Source of the DNA: Candidatus Eiseniibacteriota bacterium
GTDB lineage: Bacteria; Eisenbacteria; RBG-16-71-46; DASYSL01
Length of the DNA stretch: 59,118 nucleotides
Direction: 5' to 3'
Assembly: GCA_031431875.1 (NCBI GenBank)
Contig: JANPEF010000049.1
Coordinates: forward strand, 1 to 59,118
Shown piece after piece: positions 8,657 to 17,813 of the stretch; position 1 is the stretch's first letter, and each line of letters starts with the position of its first letter. The translations under genes and the position numbers were made by a program. The notes under the pieces are model-generated. The model made no database searches. It was not told where the DNA came from and worked only from the letters and a program-made list of their open reading frames with translations.

Positions 8657-9832
8657 CTATCCCACTTGCCGGGGCCCGGGCAAGCCCGGCGTCGGCGAGT
8701 CCGCGCCGGCCGCCTGCGGGTACGTCCCGAGCACGCGCAGGTCCCGCACGCGCGGCCCGAGGTCGGCCAGCGCCGCTGCCACCGCCGCCGAGGCGGCATG
8801 CCCCTCGAGATCGAGGTGAAAGCGATAGCGGAACGGCTCGCCGGGCACGGGCCGCGACTCGAGCTTCGTCAGGTTCACGCCGTGCGCGGCCAGGGTGGTC
8901 AGCGCCTCGCCGAGCGCGCCGGGCCGGTGGTCGAGCGTCACCAGCAGCGAGGTCTTGCACAGCGCGTCCGCGGCGCACGCCACCGGATCGCGGGCGAGCT
9001 CGAGGAAGCGCGTGAAGTTCCCCTCCTGCGACTGGATGCCGCGCGCCAGAACGTCGAGGCCGTAGGCCCGTGCCGCCGCCGCCGAGGCGATCGCGCCGAC
9101 CGTGCGGTCGCCGCCCTCCCGCACCTTGCGTGCCGCGCCGGCGGTGTCGAAGTCGGCCTCGGCGCGCACGTCGGGCAGGCCGCGCAGGAACGGCGCGCAC
9201 TGCGCCAGGGCCTGCGGGTGCGAACGCACGACGCGCAGTTCGTCGAGACGCACGCCCGGCAACGCCAGCAGGCAGTGCGCGACGTGGCTCACCACCTCGG
9301 CGGTGATCACGAGGCCGCCGTCGGCGAGCAGGTCGTAGACCTCGTGCACGCTGCCGGCGGTCGTGTTCTCGATCGGCAGCAGCGCGCGATCCGCCGCGCC
9401 CGAGACGACGGCGTGCGCCGCGGCGGCGAACGACTCGTGCCCCGCGAGCAGCGCGCCGCCCTCGCGTCCACCGTAGCGGGCCTGCGCCGCCAGGTGGCTG
9501 TACGAGCCCTCGACTCCCTGGTAGGCCACGCGCAATGGCGCACTCGCGTGTGCGGCGACCCACGCCTGCTGGTGGGCGATCGACATGGCCATGATGCGGC
9601 GGTACAGGTCCTCGACGGCGTGGGCGTCGATCCCCTGCTCGCTCGCGAGCGCACGCACGCGGCGGATGACCTGTTCCTCGCGGGCGGGATCGCGGAAGGG
9701 CGCGGCGGCGTCGAGCTTCCACTGCGACACGCGTTCGACCAGGTCCATGCGCTCGCCCAGCAGGGCGATCAAGCGCGCGTCGAGCCCCTCGATCGCCTCG
9801 CGAATCGCCTGGATGTCGTCGGGACCGCTCAA
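8657..9832 (-). CDS. pheA: Bifunctional chorismate mutase / prephenate dehydratase
   Basis: AroQ-type N-terminus (IREAIEGLD..L..R..K..DPARE), PDT motifs VAYQGVEGSYS, LPIENTTAG, SHPQALAQC, NFTRF, and ACT motif NLTKLESRP. TTG start overlaps the NCS1 stop (TTGA). Confidence 0.92.
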   Translation of the reverse strand: MSGPDDIQAIREAIEGLDARLIALLGERMDLVERVSQWKLDAAAPFRDPAREEQVIRRVRALASEQGIDAHAVEDLYRRIMAMSIAHQQAWVAAHASAPLRVAYQGVEGSYSHLAAQARYGGREGGALLAGHESFAAAAHAVVSGAADRALLPIENTTAGSVHEVYDLLADGGLVITAEVVSHVAHCLLALPGVRLDELRVVRSHPQALAQCAPFLRGLPDVRAEADFDTAGAARKVREGGDRTVGAIASAAAARAYGLDVLARGIQSQEGNFTRFLELARDPVACAADALCKTSLLVTLDHRPGALGEALTTLAAHGVNLTKLESRPVPGEPFRYRFHLDLEGHAASAAVAAALADLGPRVRDLRVLGTYPQAAGADSPTPGLPGPRQVG

Positions 9833-11286
9833 CGCCGCCCGCGCATCAGCGCCAGGTAGACAGCACCGGCGAGCCCGAAGCCGACGAACCACGCGTAGGC
9901 GTAGAGGCCCGTCCACAGCGCCCCGACCCCGCCGAATCGCGCCGGGAACGCCTGCGCGAGGAAGCCCGGGACGTTGGGCACGATGCCGGCCGCGAGCGCG
10001 ATCAACGCCGCCGGGTTGAATCCCTGCGCGTACTCGTAGCGCCCACCGCGGCGGTACAGGTCCCCGAGGTCGAGCGTCCGGCGGCGCAGCACGAAGTAGT
10101 CGGCGATCAGGATGCCACCGATCGGGCCGAGCAGCGCCGAGTAGCCGACGAGCCAGGTGAAGATGTAGCCCTGCGAACTCTTGAGCAGGTTCCACGGCAT
10201 GATCAGCACGCCGATGACCGCCGTGATGATGCCGCCGGTGCGGTACGAGATCCGCCGCGGCGCGAGGTTCGAGAAATCGTTCGCCGGCGAAACCACGTTT
10301 GCCGCCAGGTTCGTCGTCAGCGTCGCGACGGTGAGCGCGATCATCGACACGATCACCGCGACGGGTCCGCCGATCTTCGCCAGCAGCACGACCGGGTCCC
10401 AGATCACGCCGCCGCCCGGGAAGATGACCGCCGTCGCCGAGGTCACCGCCACGCCGATGAACGCGTACAGCGTCATCGTCGTCGGCAGCCCCGCCGCCTG
10501 CCCCACGATCTGGTCGCGCTGGCTCCTGGCGTAGCGCGTGAAGTCGGGGATGTTGAGCGACAACGTCGCCCAGTAGCCGATCATCGCCGTCAGCGCCGGG
10601 AAGAAGATGGGGAGGAAGGCAGCCGTCGTCGGAAACTTCGATGGCTGCGCCAGCATCGGCCCGAAGCCGCCGGCGCGCAGGTACGCCCAGCCCAGCAGCA
10701 CGAGCCCCATGATGATGAGGAACGGCGCCGCGATCGACTCGAGCCCCTTGATCGACTCGGTCCCGTGCCAGATGAAGTGCAGGTTCATGAGCCAGAACAA
10801 CAGGAACGCAAGGAACTCCCCGGTCCCCAGCCCGACCCAGCCGGGAAGGATGGCCGGCAGCGTCGCCACCGCGGGCCACAGCGCCTTGGTCAGCTGAAAA
10901 ATCGCCGCACCGCCGATCCACGTCTGGATCCCGAACCAGCCACAGGCCACGAGCGCGCGCAGCAGCGCGGGCACGTTGGCGCCCAGCACGCCGAACGAGG
11001 CGCGGGCGAACACCGGGAACGGGATGCCGTACTTGGCGCCGGCGTGCGCGTTGAGCAGCATGGGCAGCAGCACGATCGAGTTGCCGAGGAAGATCGTGAA
11101 CATCGCCTGCTTCCACGACATCCCCGAGTCGATCAGGCCCGAGGCCAGCGTGTAGGTCGTGATGCACACCGACATGCCGATCCACAGCGCGCAGTAGTGC
11201 CACCAGTTCCAGGTGCGCGCCGAGGCGGGGACGGGGGCAATGTCGGCATTGATCAGCGACGGGTCGCTTCCCTCGATCGCGCTCAT
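9829..11286 (-). CDS. NCS1 family nucleobase:cation symporter
   Basis: RTWNWW..LWIGM, GAKYGIPFPVFARASFG, WATLSLNIPDFTRY, NLAANVVSPANDF. About 12 hydrophobic segments. ATGA overlap with preA. Confidence 0.95.
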   Translation of the reverse strand: MSAIEGSDPSLINADIAPVPASARTWNWWHYCALWIGMSVCITTYTLASGLIDSGMSWKQAMFTIFLGNSIVLLPMLLNAHAGAKYGIPFPVFARASFGVLGANVPALLRALVACGWFGIQTWIGGAAIFQLTKALWPAVATLPAILPGWVGLGTGEFLAFLLFWLMNLHFIWHGTESIKGLESIAAPFLIIMGLVLLGWAYLRAGGFGPMLAQPSKFPTTAAFLPIFFPALTAMIGYWATLSLNIPDFTRYARSQRDQIVGQAAGLPTTMTLYAFIGVAVTSATAVIFPGGGVIWDPVVLLAKIGGPVAVIVSMIALTVATLTTNLAANVVSPANDFSNLAPRRISYRTGGIITAVIGVLIMPWNLLKSSQGYIFTWLVGYSALLGPIGGILIADYFVLRRRTLDLGDLYRRGGRYEYAQGFNPAALIALAAGIVPNVPGFLAQAFPARFGGVGALWTGLYAYAWFVGFGLAGAVYLALMRGRR

Positions 11287-12620
11287 CGGTCGTGCAGGCC
11301 GCCGGGGACGTGCGCGGTTCCCTTGGCGATGCGGTCGTTCCACGACTCGAACGGCCGATCGCCGGTCACGTCCTTCATGGTGATGCAGCCGTCGACGGGG
11401 CAGACATGCGAGCACAGGTTGCAGCCGATGCACTCGGTCTCGTCCACCCACACGATGTGGGTCTTGCGCTCGGCGCTCCCGGCGATCGCCGCGTCGCGTG
11501 TCGGGGCGAGGTGGCCCGCGGCCAGCGGATCGTCCGCGTTGTGGATGCAGTGCACGGCGGTGTCGCGGCAGGCGACGTAGCACAGGTTACAGCCCACGCA
11601 CTTGTCGGCGTCGACGTGGGCGACCACCTTGTAGTTGAGGTCGAGGTCGCCCCACTCGACGTAGGCCGGCAGCGCCTTCCCGCGCAGCTCGTTCACCGAC
11701 TTCATGCCCTTGCCGTCGAGGTAGGCCGACAGCCCGTCGATCATGTCCTCGACGATGCGGAAGCCGTAGTGCATCGCCGCCGTGCAGACCTGCACCGAGG
11801 TGGACCCCAGGGCGATGAACTCGGCCGCGTCGCGCCACGTGGCGATCCCGCCGATGCCCGAGATCGGGATCGTGATCCGTGGATCGCGCCCCAGGGCGGC
11901 GACCATGTGCAGCGCGATCGGCTTGACCGCCGGGCCGCAGTAGCCGCCGTTGGTCGAGCGCATGCCGACGACCGGGTACGGCACCAGCTTGTCGAGGTCG
12001 ACGCCGACGATGCTCTTGATCGTGTTGATGAGCGACAGCCCGTGCGCGCCGGCCTCGACCGCGGCGGCGCCGGGCTCGGTGACATCGCCGATGTTCGGCG
12101 TCAGCTTGATCAGCACCGGGATGCTCGAGAACTCGACGGCCCAGCCGGCGACGACCTTGAGCACCTCGGGCTCCTGCCCCACCGCCGAGCCCATGCCGCG
12201 CTCGCACATGCCGTGCGGGCAGCCGAAGTTGAGCTCGAGCCCGTCGCAACCGGTGTCGATCGTGCGCTTGATGATCTCCTTCCAGTCGTCCTTCGACTCG
12301 ACCATGAGCGAGGCGATCAGCGCGCGATCCGGGTAGCGCCGCTTCACTTCCTTGATCTCGCGCAGGTTGGTCTCGAGCGGCCGGTCGGTGATCAGCTCGA
12401 TGTTGTTGAAGCCCGCCATCTTCATGCCGCCCAGCGCGACCGCACCGAAGCGACTGGAGGTGTCGACGATGGGCTCGCCCAGCGTCTTCCACACCGCGCC
12501 GCCCCAGCCGGCGTCGAAGGCACGCATCACCTGCTCGCCCGTGTTCGTCGGCGGCGCCGAGGCGAGCCAGAACGGGTTCGGGGACTTGATCCCCGCGAAG
12601 TCGATCGACAGGTCCGCCAC
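11283..12620 (-). CDS. preA: NAD-dependent dihydropyrimidine dehydrogenase subunit PreA
   Basis: SPNPFWLASAPPT, NNIELITDR, ELNFGCPHGMCERGMG, KLTPN, plus two C-terminal CxxCxxCxxxC ferredoxin motifs. GTG start at 12620. Confidence 0.95.
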   Translation of the reverse strand: MADLSIDFAGIKSPNPFWLASAPPTNTGEQVMRAFDAGWGGAVWKTLGEPIVDTSSRFGAVALGGMKMAGFNNIELITDRPLETNLREIKEVKRRYPDRALIASLMVESKDDWKEIIKRTIDTGCDGLELNFGCPHGMCERGMGSAVGQEPEVLKVVAGWAVEFSSIPVLIKLTPNIGDVTEPGAAAVEAGAHGLSLINTIKSIVGVDLDKLVPYPVVGMRSTNGGYCGPAVKPIALHMVAALGRDPRITIPISGIGGIATWRDAAEFIALGSTSVQVCTAAMHYGFRIVEDMIDGLSAYLDGKGMKSVNELRGKALPAYVEWGDLDLNYKVVAHVDADKCVGCNLCYVACRDTAVHCIHNADDPLAAGHLAPTRDAAIAGSAERKTHIVWVDETECIGCNLCSHVCPVDGCITMKDVTGDRPFESWNDRIAKGTAHVPGGLHDR

Positions 12621-12789
12621 GCTGCGTACCCCCTTCTGGATCCGTTGCCCGGTCTGCCGAGGGTCGTTCGTTCCGTGGCGGACCGATGATTCGGTGAATC
12701 GCAAACTATTATGTGTTATGTACTTACGACAGCACGTCCGGAATACCAGTCAGATCCCGGTAAGTCCACTGGTTCTGGGACGAGTCGTT

Positions 12790-14109
12790 TTACACGTGCC
12801 CGGCCATCATCGGCGCATCCGGGTCGACGGTCAGGCCGCACGCTGCGGCGATCGCACGCGCCGCGCGCTTCCCATCCTGGACGGCGGTCACCACGAGTTC
12901 GCCGACGCCGGTGCTGTCGCCGCCGGCGTAGACGCGTGGGTTCCCGGTGCGGCCCGTCGCCGGATCGGCGACGATGCCACCCTTCGGATCGCACTTCACG
13001 CCGTCGAACCCGGCCACCACGGCGGCGTCGGGCTTCGCCTGGCCGATCGCCACGAGGACGAGGTCCGCCTCGAGCTTCCGGCCGTCGGCCAGCACCAGCG
13101 CCGTGAGCGAGCCCTCGGCACCGCGCATGAACATCTCGGGGACCGCGCGCTCGACCAGCCGCACGCCCTCCTCGCGCGCGTGCAGCAGTTCGTGGGCGTA
13201 GCCGGACATGTCGGCCTCGGTGCGCCGGTAGGCGAGGCTCACGTCGGGCACGCCCAGGTGCGCCAGTTCGCGCACGGCGTCGATCGCGGTGTTGCCGCCG
13301 CCGATCACGACCGCCCGCCTGACGGCGCCCAGCGCGAAGCCGGGCTCGTTCTTCAGGCGCTCGATCCACGCGGTCGCACCGCTCACGCCCGGGCCGTCCT
13401 CGCCGCGGATGCCCAGCTTCGCGTCGCCGCCCAGGCCCACGCCGAGGAACACGGCGTCGAAATCGTCCAGGAGCTGCGCTCCCGTCAAGTCCCGCCCGAC
13501 CTCGACGCCGGTGCGGATCGTCACGCCCAGCTCGCGCACCAGGTCCACCTCGCGCAGCGAGCCGTCGACATGCATCTTGTATGGTGCCACGCCGGTCGTG
13601 TTGAGCCCCCCGGGCATCGCGCGCTTTTCGAACACGGTGACCGCAACGCCTTCGAGCGCGAGATAGCCCGCGCACGCCAGCGAGGCCGGCCCCGCGCCCA
13701 CGCAGGCGACCTTCTTCCCGTTCGCGGGCATGCGGCGCAGCAGCGTCGCCGCGTCGCCGCGCTCGAATGCGGCCTCGACGGCGTAGCGCTGCAGCCGGCC
13801 GATCGCGATCGTCTCGTGGCCCTGGTGCTGGTGGACGCATGCGCCCGCGCAGAGGACCTCGACCGGGCAGACGCGCGCGCACGAGTAGCCGAGCAGGTTC
13901 GCCGACAGGATTGTGCGCGCGGAGCCCTTCAGGTTATCGGTCGCGATCTTCCTGATGAAGCCCGGGATGTCGATCCCCGTCGGGCACGCCGTGATGCACG
14001 GCGCGTCGTAGCAGTAGAGGCAGCGGTTCGCCTCGGCCACGGCCTGGCCCGGCGTGTACGTGGGCTTGAGGTCGGGAAGCGCGTGCTCCAGCCGATCGTC
14101 GTGGGCCAC
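12790..14109 (-). CDS. preT: Dihydropyrimidine dehydrogenase subunit PreT (GltD-like flavoprotein)
   Basis: EANRCLYCYDAPC..ACP, CARVCP..LC..AC, VGAGPAS, VIGGGNTAID, YAGGD. Adjacent to preA. Confidence 0.92.
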   Translation of the reverse strand: MAHDDRLEHALPDLKPTYTPGQAVAEANRCLYCYDAPCITACPTGIDIPGFIRKIATDNLKGSARTILSANLLGYSCARVCPVEVLCAGACVHQHQGHETIAIGRLQRYAVEAAFERGDAATLLRRMPANGKKVACVGAGPASLACAGYLALEGVAVTVFEKRAMPGGLNTTGVAPYKMHVDGSLREVDLVRELGVTIRTGVEVGRDLTGAQLLDDFDAVFLGVGLGGDAKLGIRGEDGPGVSGATAWIERLKNEPGFALGAVRRAVVIGGGNTAIDAVRELAHLGVPDVSLAYRRTEADMSGYAHELLHAREEGVRLVERAVPEMFMRGAEGSLTALVLADGRKLEADLVLVAIGQAKPDAAVVAGFDGVKCDPKGGIVADPATGRTGNPRVYAGGDSTGVGELVVTAVQDGKRAARAIAAACGLTVDPDAPMMAGHV

Positions 14110-14113
14110 GTGC

Positions 14114-15439
14114 CTACGCCGCCTCGATCGCGGCGAGTCCCTCGCCGAGAATGCGCACCGCCTCGGTGACGTCTGCCTCGGAGGCGATGAGCGGAGGCGA
14201 GATGCGTGCCACGTTGCCGTACAGACCGCCCTTGCCGATCAGGAGCCCGCGCGCCTTCGTCTCCTCGAACAGGCGGGCCAACGCCTGCGGATTGGGCGTG
14301 CGGTCCTGCTTCGTCTCGTCCATCACGAACTCGACGCCGAGCATGAGCCCCAGCCCGCGCACGTCGCCGATGATCCTCGGGTACTTGCGCTTGAGCCCGT
14401 CGAGACCTTCGCGCAGCGCCTTGCCCACCTTCGTCGCGTTCTGGCGCAGCCCGTGTTTCTCGATGTAGTCGATCGTCGCGTTGCCCGCGGTGGCCGAGAT
14501 CGGGTTGCCGCCGAAGGTCGAGATGGTCAACGTCTTGAGCGAGTCGGCGATCGGGGTCGTGCACACGGTGGCCGACAGGGGCAGCCCGTTGGCGATGCCC
14601 TTGGCCATGGTCATGATGTCGGGCTCGACGTCCCAGTGCTCGATCCCCCACCACGAATCGCCGGTGCGGCCGAAGCCGGTCTGCACCTCGTCGCAGATGA
14701 ACACGCCGCCGTACTTGCGCACGATATCGGTGGCGATCTTGAAGTACTCCCTGGGCGGCGTGACGAACCCGCCCACTCCCTGGATCGGCTCGGCCAGGAA
14801 CGCGGCGACCTTCCCGGTCGTCGTCGTCAGGATCAGGTCCTCGATGTCCTGCGCGCATTTCACGCCGCAGCTCGGGTAGGTGAGCCCGAACGGGCAGCGG
14901 TAGCAGTAGGGCGCAGCCGCGTGCTTGATGCCGGCGATCTGCGTCGGTACCGCGCGCCACGTCGAGTGCGCGGTCAGTGACTGCGCCAGCATCGAGCGGC
15001 CCGAGTAGCCGTGGCGCAGGGCGATGATCTCCTGCCGGCCCGTGTAGACCTGCGCCATCATCACCGCGGTCTCGTCGGCTTCCGTACCCGACGCGGTGAA
15101 GTAGCACTTGTCGAGCGCGCCCGGCGTGATCGACGCCAGCTTCTCGGCCAGCTCGACGATGGGCAGCGTGGGGTACAGCGTCGAGACGTGGCCCAGGCGG
15201 TCGATCTGCGCCTTGACCGCGTTGTTCACGTCGTCGTTGCAGTGACCCACGGAGACGGTGAGGATGCCGCCGAAGAAGTCGAGGTACGACTTCCCGTCCA
15301 TGTCGGTGACGCGCATGCCCTTGCCCGAGGCGAGGACGATCGGCTCCGCGTAGTAGTTGGTGCAGGCCGGGAACAGGTGCTTCTTGTGCGCGGCCCGGAT
15401 GTCCGCCGCGCTGCGTGTCGCCTCGGTCTTCGCGCTCAT
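14114..15439 (-). CDS. Class III PLP aminotransferase (AGXT2-like; likely beta-alanine/3-aminoisobutyrate aminotransferase)
   Basis: YLDFFGGILTVSVGH, AEPIQGVGG, DEVQTGFGRTG, MAKGIANG. Located in the pyrimidine catabolic operon. Confidence 0.9.
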   Translation of the reverse strand: MSAKTEATRSAADIRAAHKKHLFPACTNYYAEPIVLASGKGMRVTDMDGKSYLDFFGGILTVSVGHCNDDVNNAVKAQIDRLGHVSTLYPTLPIVELAEKLASITPGALDKCYFTASGTEADETAVMMAQVYTGRQEIIALRHGYSGRSMLAQSLTAHSTWRAVPTQIAGIKHAAAPYCYRCPFGLTYPSCGVKCAQDIEDLILTTTTGKVAAFLAEPIQGVGGFVTPPREYFKIATDIVRKYGGVFICDEVQTGFGRTGDSWWGIEHWDVEPDIMTMAKGIANGLPLSATVCTTPIADSLKTLTISTFGGNPISATAGNATIDYIEKHGLRQNATKVGKALREGLDGLKRKYPRIIGDVRGLGLMLGVEFVMDETKQDRTPNPQALARLFEETKARGLLIGKGGLYGNVARISPPLIASEADVTEAVRILGEGLAAIEAA

Positions 15440-16872
15440 CCCCGTCTCCCGGCGTTGCCCGCGCCCACGAGAGCGGCGGCGTTGGCGCGCGGCCCCGGCT
15501 CGCGCCGGAGGAAGCGGCCCGCCCCGCGCTCGACCTTGAGATTCCCGTTCGCGTACTGCACGCGCCCGGCCGCCACGACGTACGACGGAGAACCGGTCAC
15601 CTTCACGCCCTCGAACATGTTGCGATCCGACTTCGACTGGTGCGTCTTCGCCGAGATCGTCCGCTCGCCCTCGGGGTTCCAGACGACGAGGTCGGCGTCG
15701 GCGCCCGCGGCGACCAGGCCCTTGCGGCCCATCAGGCCGAAGATCCGCGCCGGTGCGGCCGAGCACAGCTCGACCATGCGCTCGAGCGAGATGCGCCCGG
15801 TCTTGACGCCGAACGTGTACAGGAGCGCGAGGCGCTCTTCGACGCCGGCCGCGCCGTTCGGGATCTTGGTGAAGTCGTCGATCCCCATGCGCTTCTGCTC
15901 CATGGTGAACGGGCAGTGGTCGGTGCCCATCGTGGCGAGCAGCCCGTCCTGCACGTGGGCCCATAGCGCATCCTGGTGGCCGCCCGCGCGCGGGCGGATC
16001 GGCGGCGACATGACGCAGGTCGAGCCCTCGAAGTCGGGCTGCTCGTAGACCGAGTCGTCGAGCAGCAGGTACTGCGGGCAGGTCTCGCCGTAGCAGTGCT
16101 GGCCATCCGCCTTGGCGCGGGCCAGCGCCTCGACCGCCTCGCGCGCCGACATGTGGACGATGTACACCGTCGCGCCGGTGAGCCGGCCGATCATGAGCGC
16201 GCGACCGGTCGCCTCGCCCTCGACCGACGACGGCCGCGAGATGGCGTGGTACCTGGGCGCGGTGTTCCCGGCGGCGATCAGCTCGCGCTGGCGGTGGGCG
16301 ATCGAGTCGCCGTGCTCGGCGTGCACCGTGACGACCGCGCCAAGCTCGCCCGCACGCTTCATCATGCGGTAGAGCTCGTCGTCATCGACCATGATCGCGC
16401 CCTTGTAGGCCATGAACAGCTTGAACGAGGTGATGCCCTCGTCCTCGACCACGATGCGCATTTCCTCGGCGGTGTTGTCGTTCCAGCCGTTGACGCTCAT
16501 GTGGTACGTGTAGTCGGCGACGGCGCGCTTCGACTTCTCGTGCCACTCGGCGAGGCCGACCAGCAGCGAGCGCTCGCGGCCGGGAATGACGAGGTCGATG
16601 ACGGTGGTCGTGCCGCCGGCCATCGCGGCAGCGGTGCCGTACTCGAAGTCGTCGGACGAGACCGTGCCCATGAACGGCAGCGCCAGGTGGACGTGCGGGT
16701 CGACGCCACCCGGCAACACGAACTGCCCGCTCGCGTCGATCACCTCGTCCTTGGCCGACGCCTTCTCGAGGTTCATTCCCAGCGCGACGATCTTCCCGTC
16801 CTGGCACAGCACGTCGGACTGCGTGCGGCCGCCCGCGTTGACGACCGTCCCGTTCTTGATCAGCACGCCCAT
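15436..16872 (-). CDS. hydA: Dihydropyrimidinase
   Basis: PGGVDPHVH, SFKLFMAY, VHAE, YIVH, ETCPQYL, TDHCPF, KIPNG. Confidence 0.95.
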   Translation of the reverse strand: MGVLIKNGTVVNAGGRTQSDVLCQDGKIVALGMNLEKASAKDEVIDASGQFVLPGGVDPHVHLALPFMGTVSSDDFEYGTAAAMAGGTTTVIDLVIPGRERSLLVGLAEWHEKSKRAVADYTYHMSVNGWNDNTAEEMRIVVEDEGITSFKLFMAYKGAIMVDDDELYRMMKRAGELGAVVTVHAEHGDSIAHRQRELIAAGNTAPRYHAISRPSSVEGEATGRALMIGRLTGATVYIVHMSAREAVEALARAKADGQHCYGETCPQYLLLDDSVYEQPDFEGSTCVMSPPIRPRAGGHQDALWAHVQDGLLATMGTDHCPFTMEQKRMGIDDFTKIPNGAAGVEERLALLYTFGVKTGRISLERMVELCSAAPARIFGLMGRKGLVAAGADADLVVWNPEGERTISAKTHQSKSDRNMFEGVKVTGSPSYVVAAGRVQYANGNLKVERGAGRFLRREPGPRANAAALVGAGNAGRRG

Positions 16873-16904
16873 GGCGATTCTCTCCCGGGTCCGAAGAACT
16901 GCGG

Positions 16905-17771
16905 CTAGATCGCGGTGAGGCCGGCGTAAGTCTCGGGCCGGCGATCGCGGTAGAACTGCCAGATGCGGCGCACGTCCTCGATCACGTCGAGGTCCATCGT
17001 GGCGACGACCAGTTCGTCCTTGTCCTCGCTCGCCTGCGCGAGGAACGCGCCGCGCGGATCGACGAAGTACGAGCTGCCGTAGAACTTGCCGATGTTCCAC
17101 GGTCCCTCGGTGCCGACGCGATTGCTGGCGCCCACGTAGTAGCCGTTGGCCACGGCGTGCGCGGGCTGCTCGAGCTTCCACAGGTACTGCGACAGCCCGG
17201 CGACGGTGGCGCTGGGATTGAACACGATCTCGGCGCCGTTGAGGCCGAGCAGGCGTGCGCCCTCGGGAAAGTGGCGGTCATAGCAGATGTAGACGCCGAT
17301 CTTCGCATAGCGCGTCTGGAACACCGGGTAGCCGAGGTTGCCGGGACGGAAATAGTACTTCTCCCAGAAGCCCGACGTCTGCGGGATGTGGTTCTTCCGG
17401 TACTTGCCCAGGTACGTCCCGTCGGCGTCGTACACCGCGGCGGTGTTGTAGTAGACGCCCGCCTGCTCGCGCTCGTAGACCGGCACGACGACGGCCATCT
17501 CGTACTTCTTCGCCGCGTCGGCGATGATCCCGGTCGTCGGTCCGGGCACGGGCTCGGCCGCCGCGTACCAGCGCGGATCCTGCCCCGGGCAGAAGTACGG
17601 GCCGTTGAAGATCTCCTGCAGGCACAGCACCTGCACGCCCCTCTTGCCGGCCTCCTCGACGAACGCCAGGTGCTTCTCGAGCGCCGCCTGCTGGATCTTC
17701 GCAACCGGCTGCGACTCGTCGTTGATCGGATTGCTGCACTGGATCAGCCCACCGGTGACCATGCGCGGCAT
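16905..17771 (-). CDS. Beta-ureidopropionase (nitrilase family C-N hydrolase)
   Basis: Nitrilase triad in LQEIF, YRKNHIP and ICYDRHFPEG. FWEKYYFRPGNLG. Operon context. Confidence 0.92.
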   Translation of the reverse strand: MPRMVTGGLIQCSNPINDESQPVAKIQQAALEKHLAFVEEAGKRGVQVLCLQEIFNGPYFCPGQDPRWYAAAEPVPGPTTGIIADAAKKYEMAVVVPVYEREQAGVYYNTAAVYDADGTYLGKYRKNHIPQTSGFWEKYYFRPGNLGYPVFQTRYAKIGVYICYDRHFPEGARLLGLNGAEIVFNPSATVAGLSQYLWKLEQPAHAVANGYYVGASNRVGTEGPWNIGKFYGSSYFVDPRGAFLAQASEDKDELVVATMDLDVIEDVRRIWQFYRDRRPETYAGLTAI

Positions 17772-17813
17772 CGAGCGTTCTCCCGCGGTGAAAGGAACGT
17801 GCCGACTGCGGAT

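Noticed and set aside
8657..11203. Apparent 848-aa PheA fusion
   Set aside because: The upstream part is an alternate frame of the NCS1 gene.
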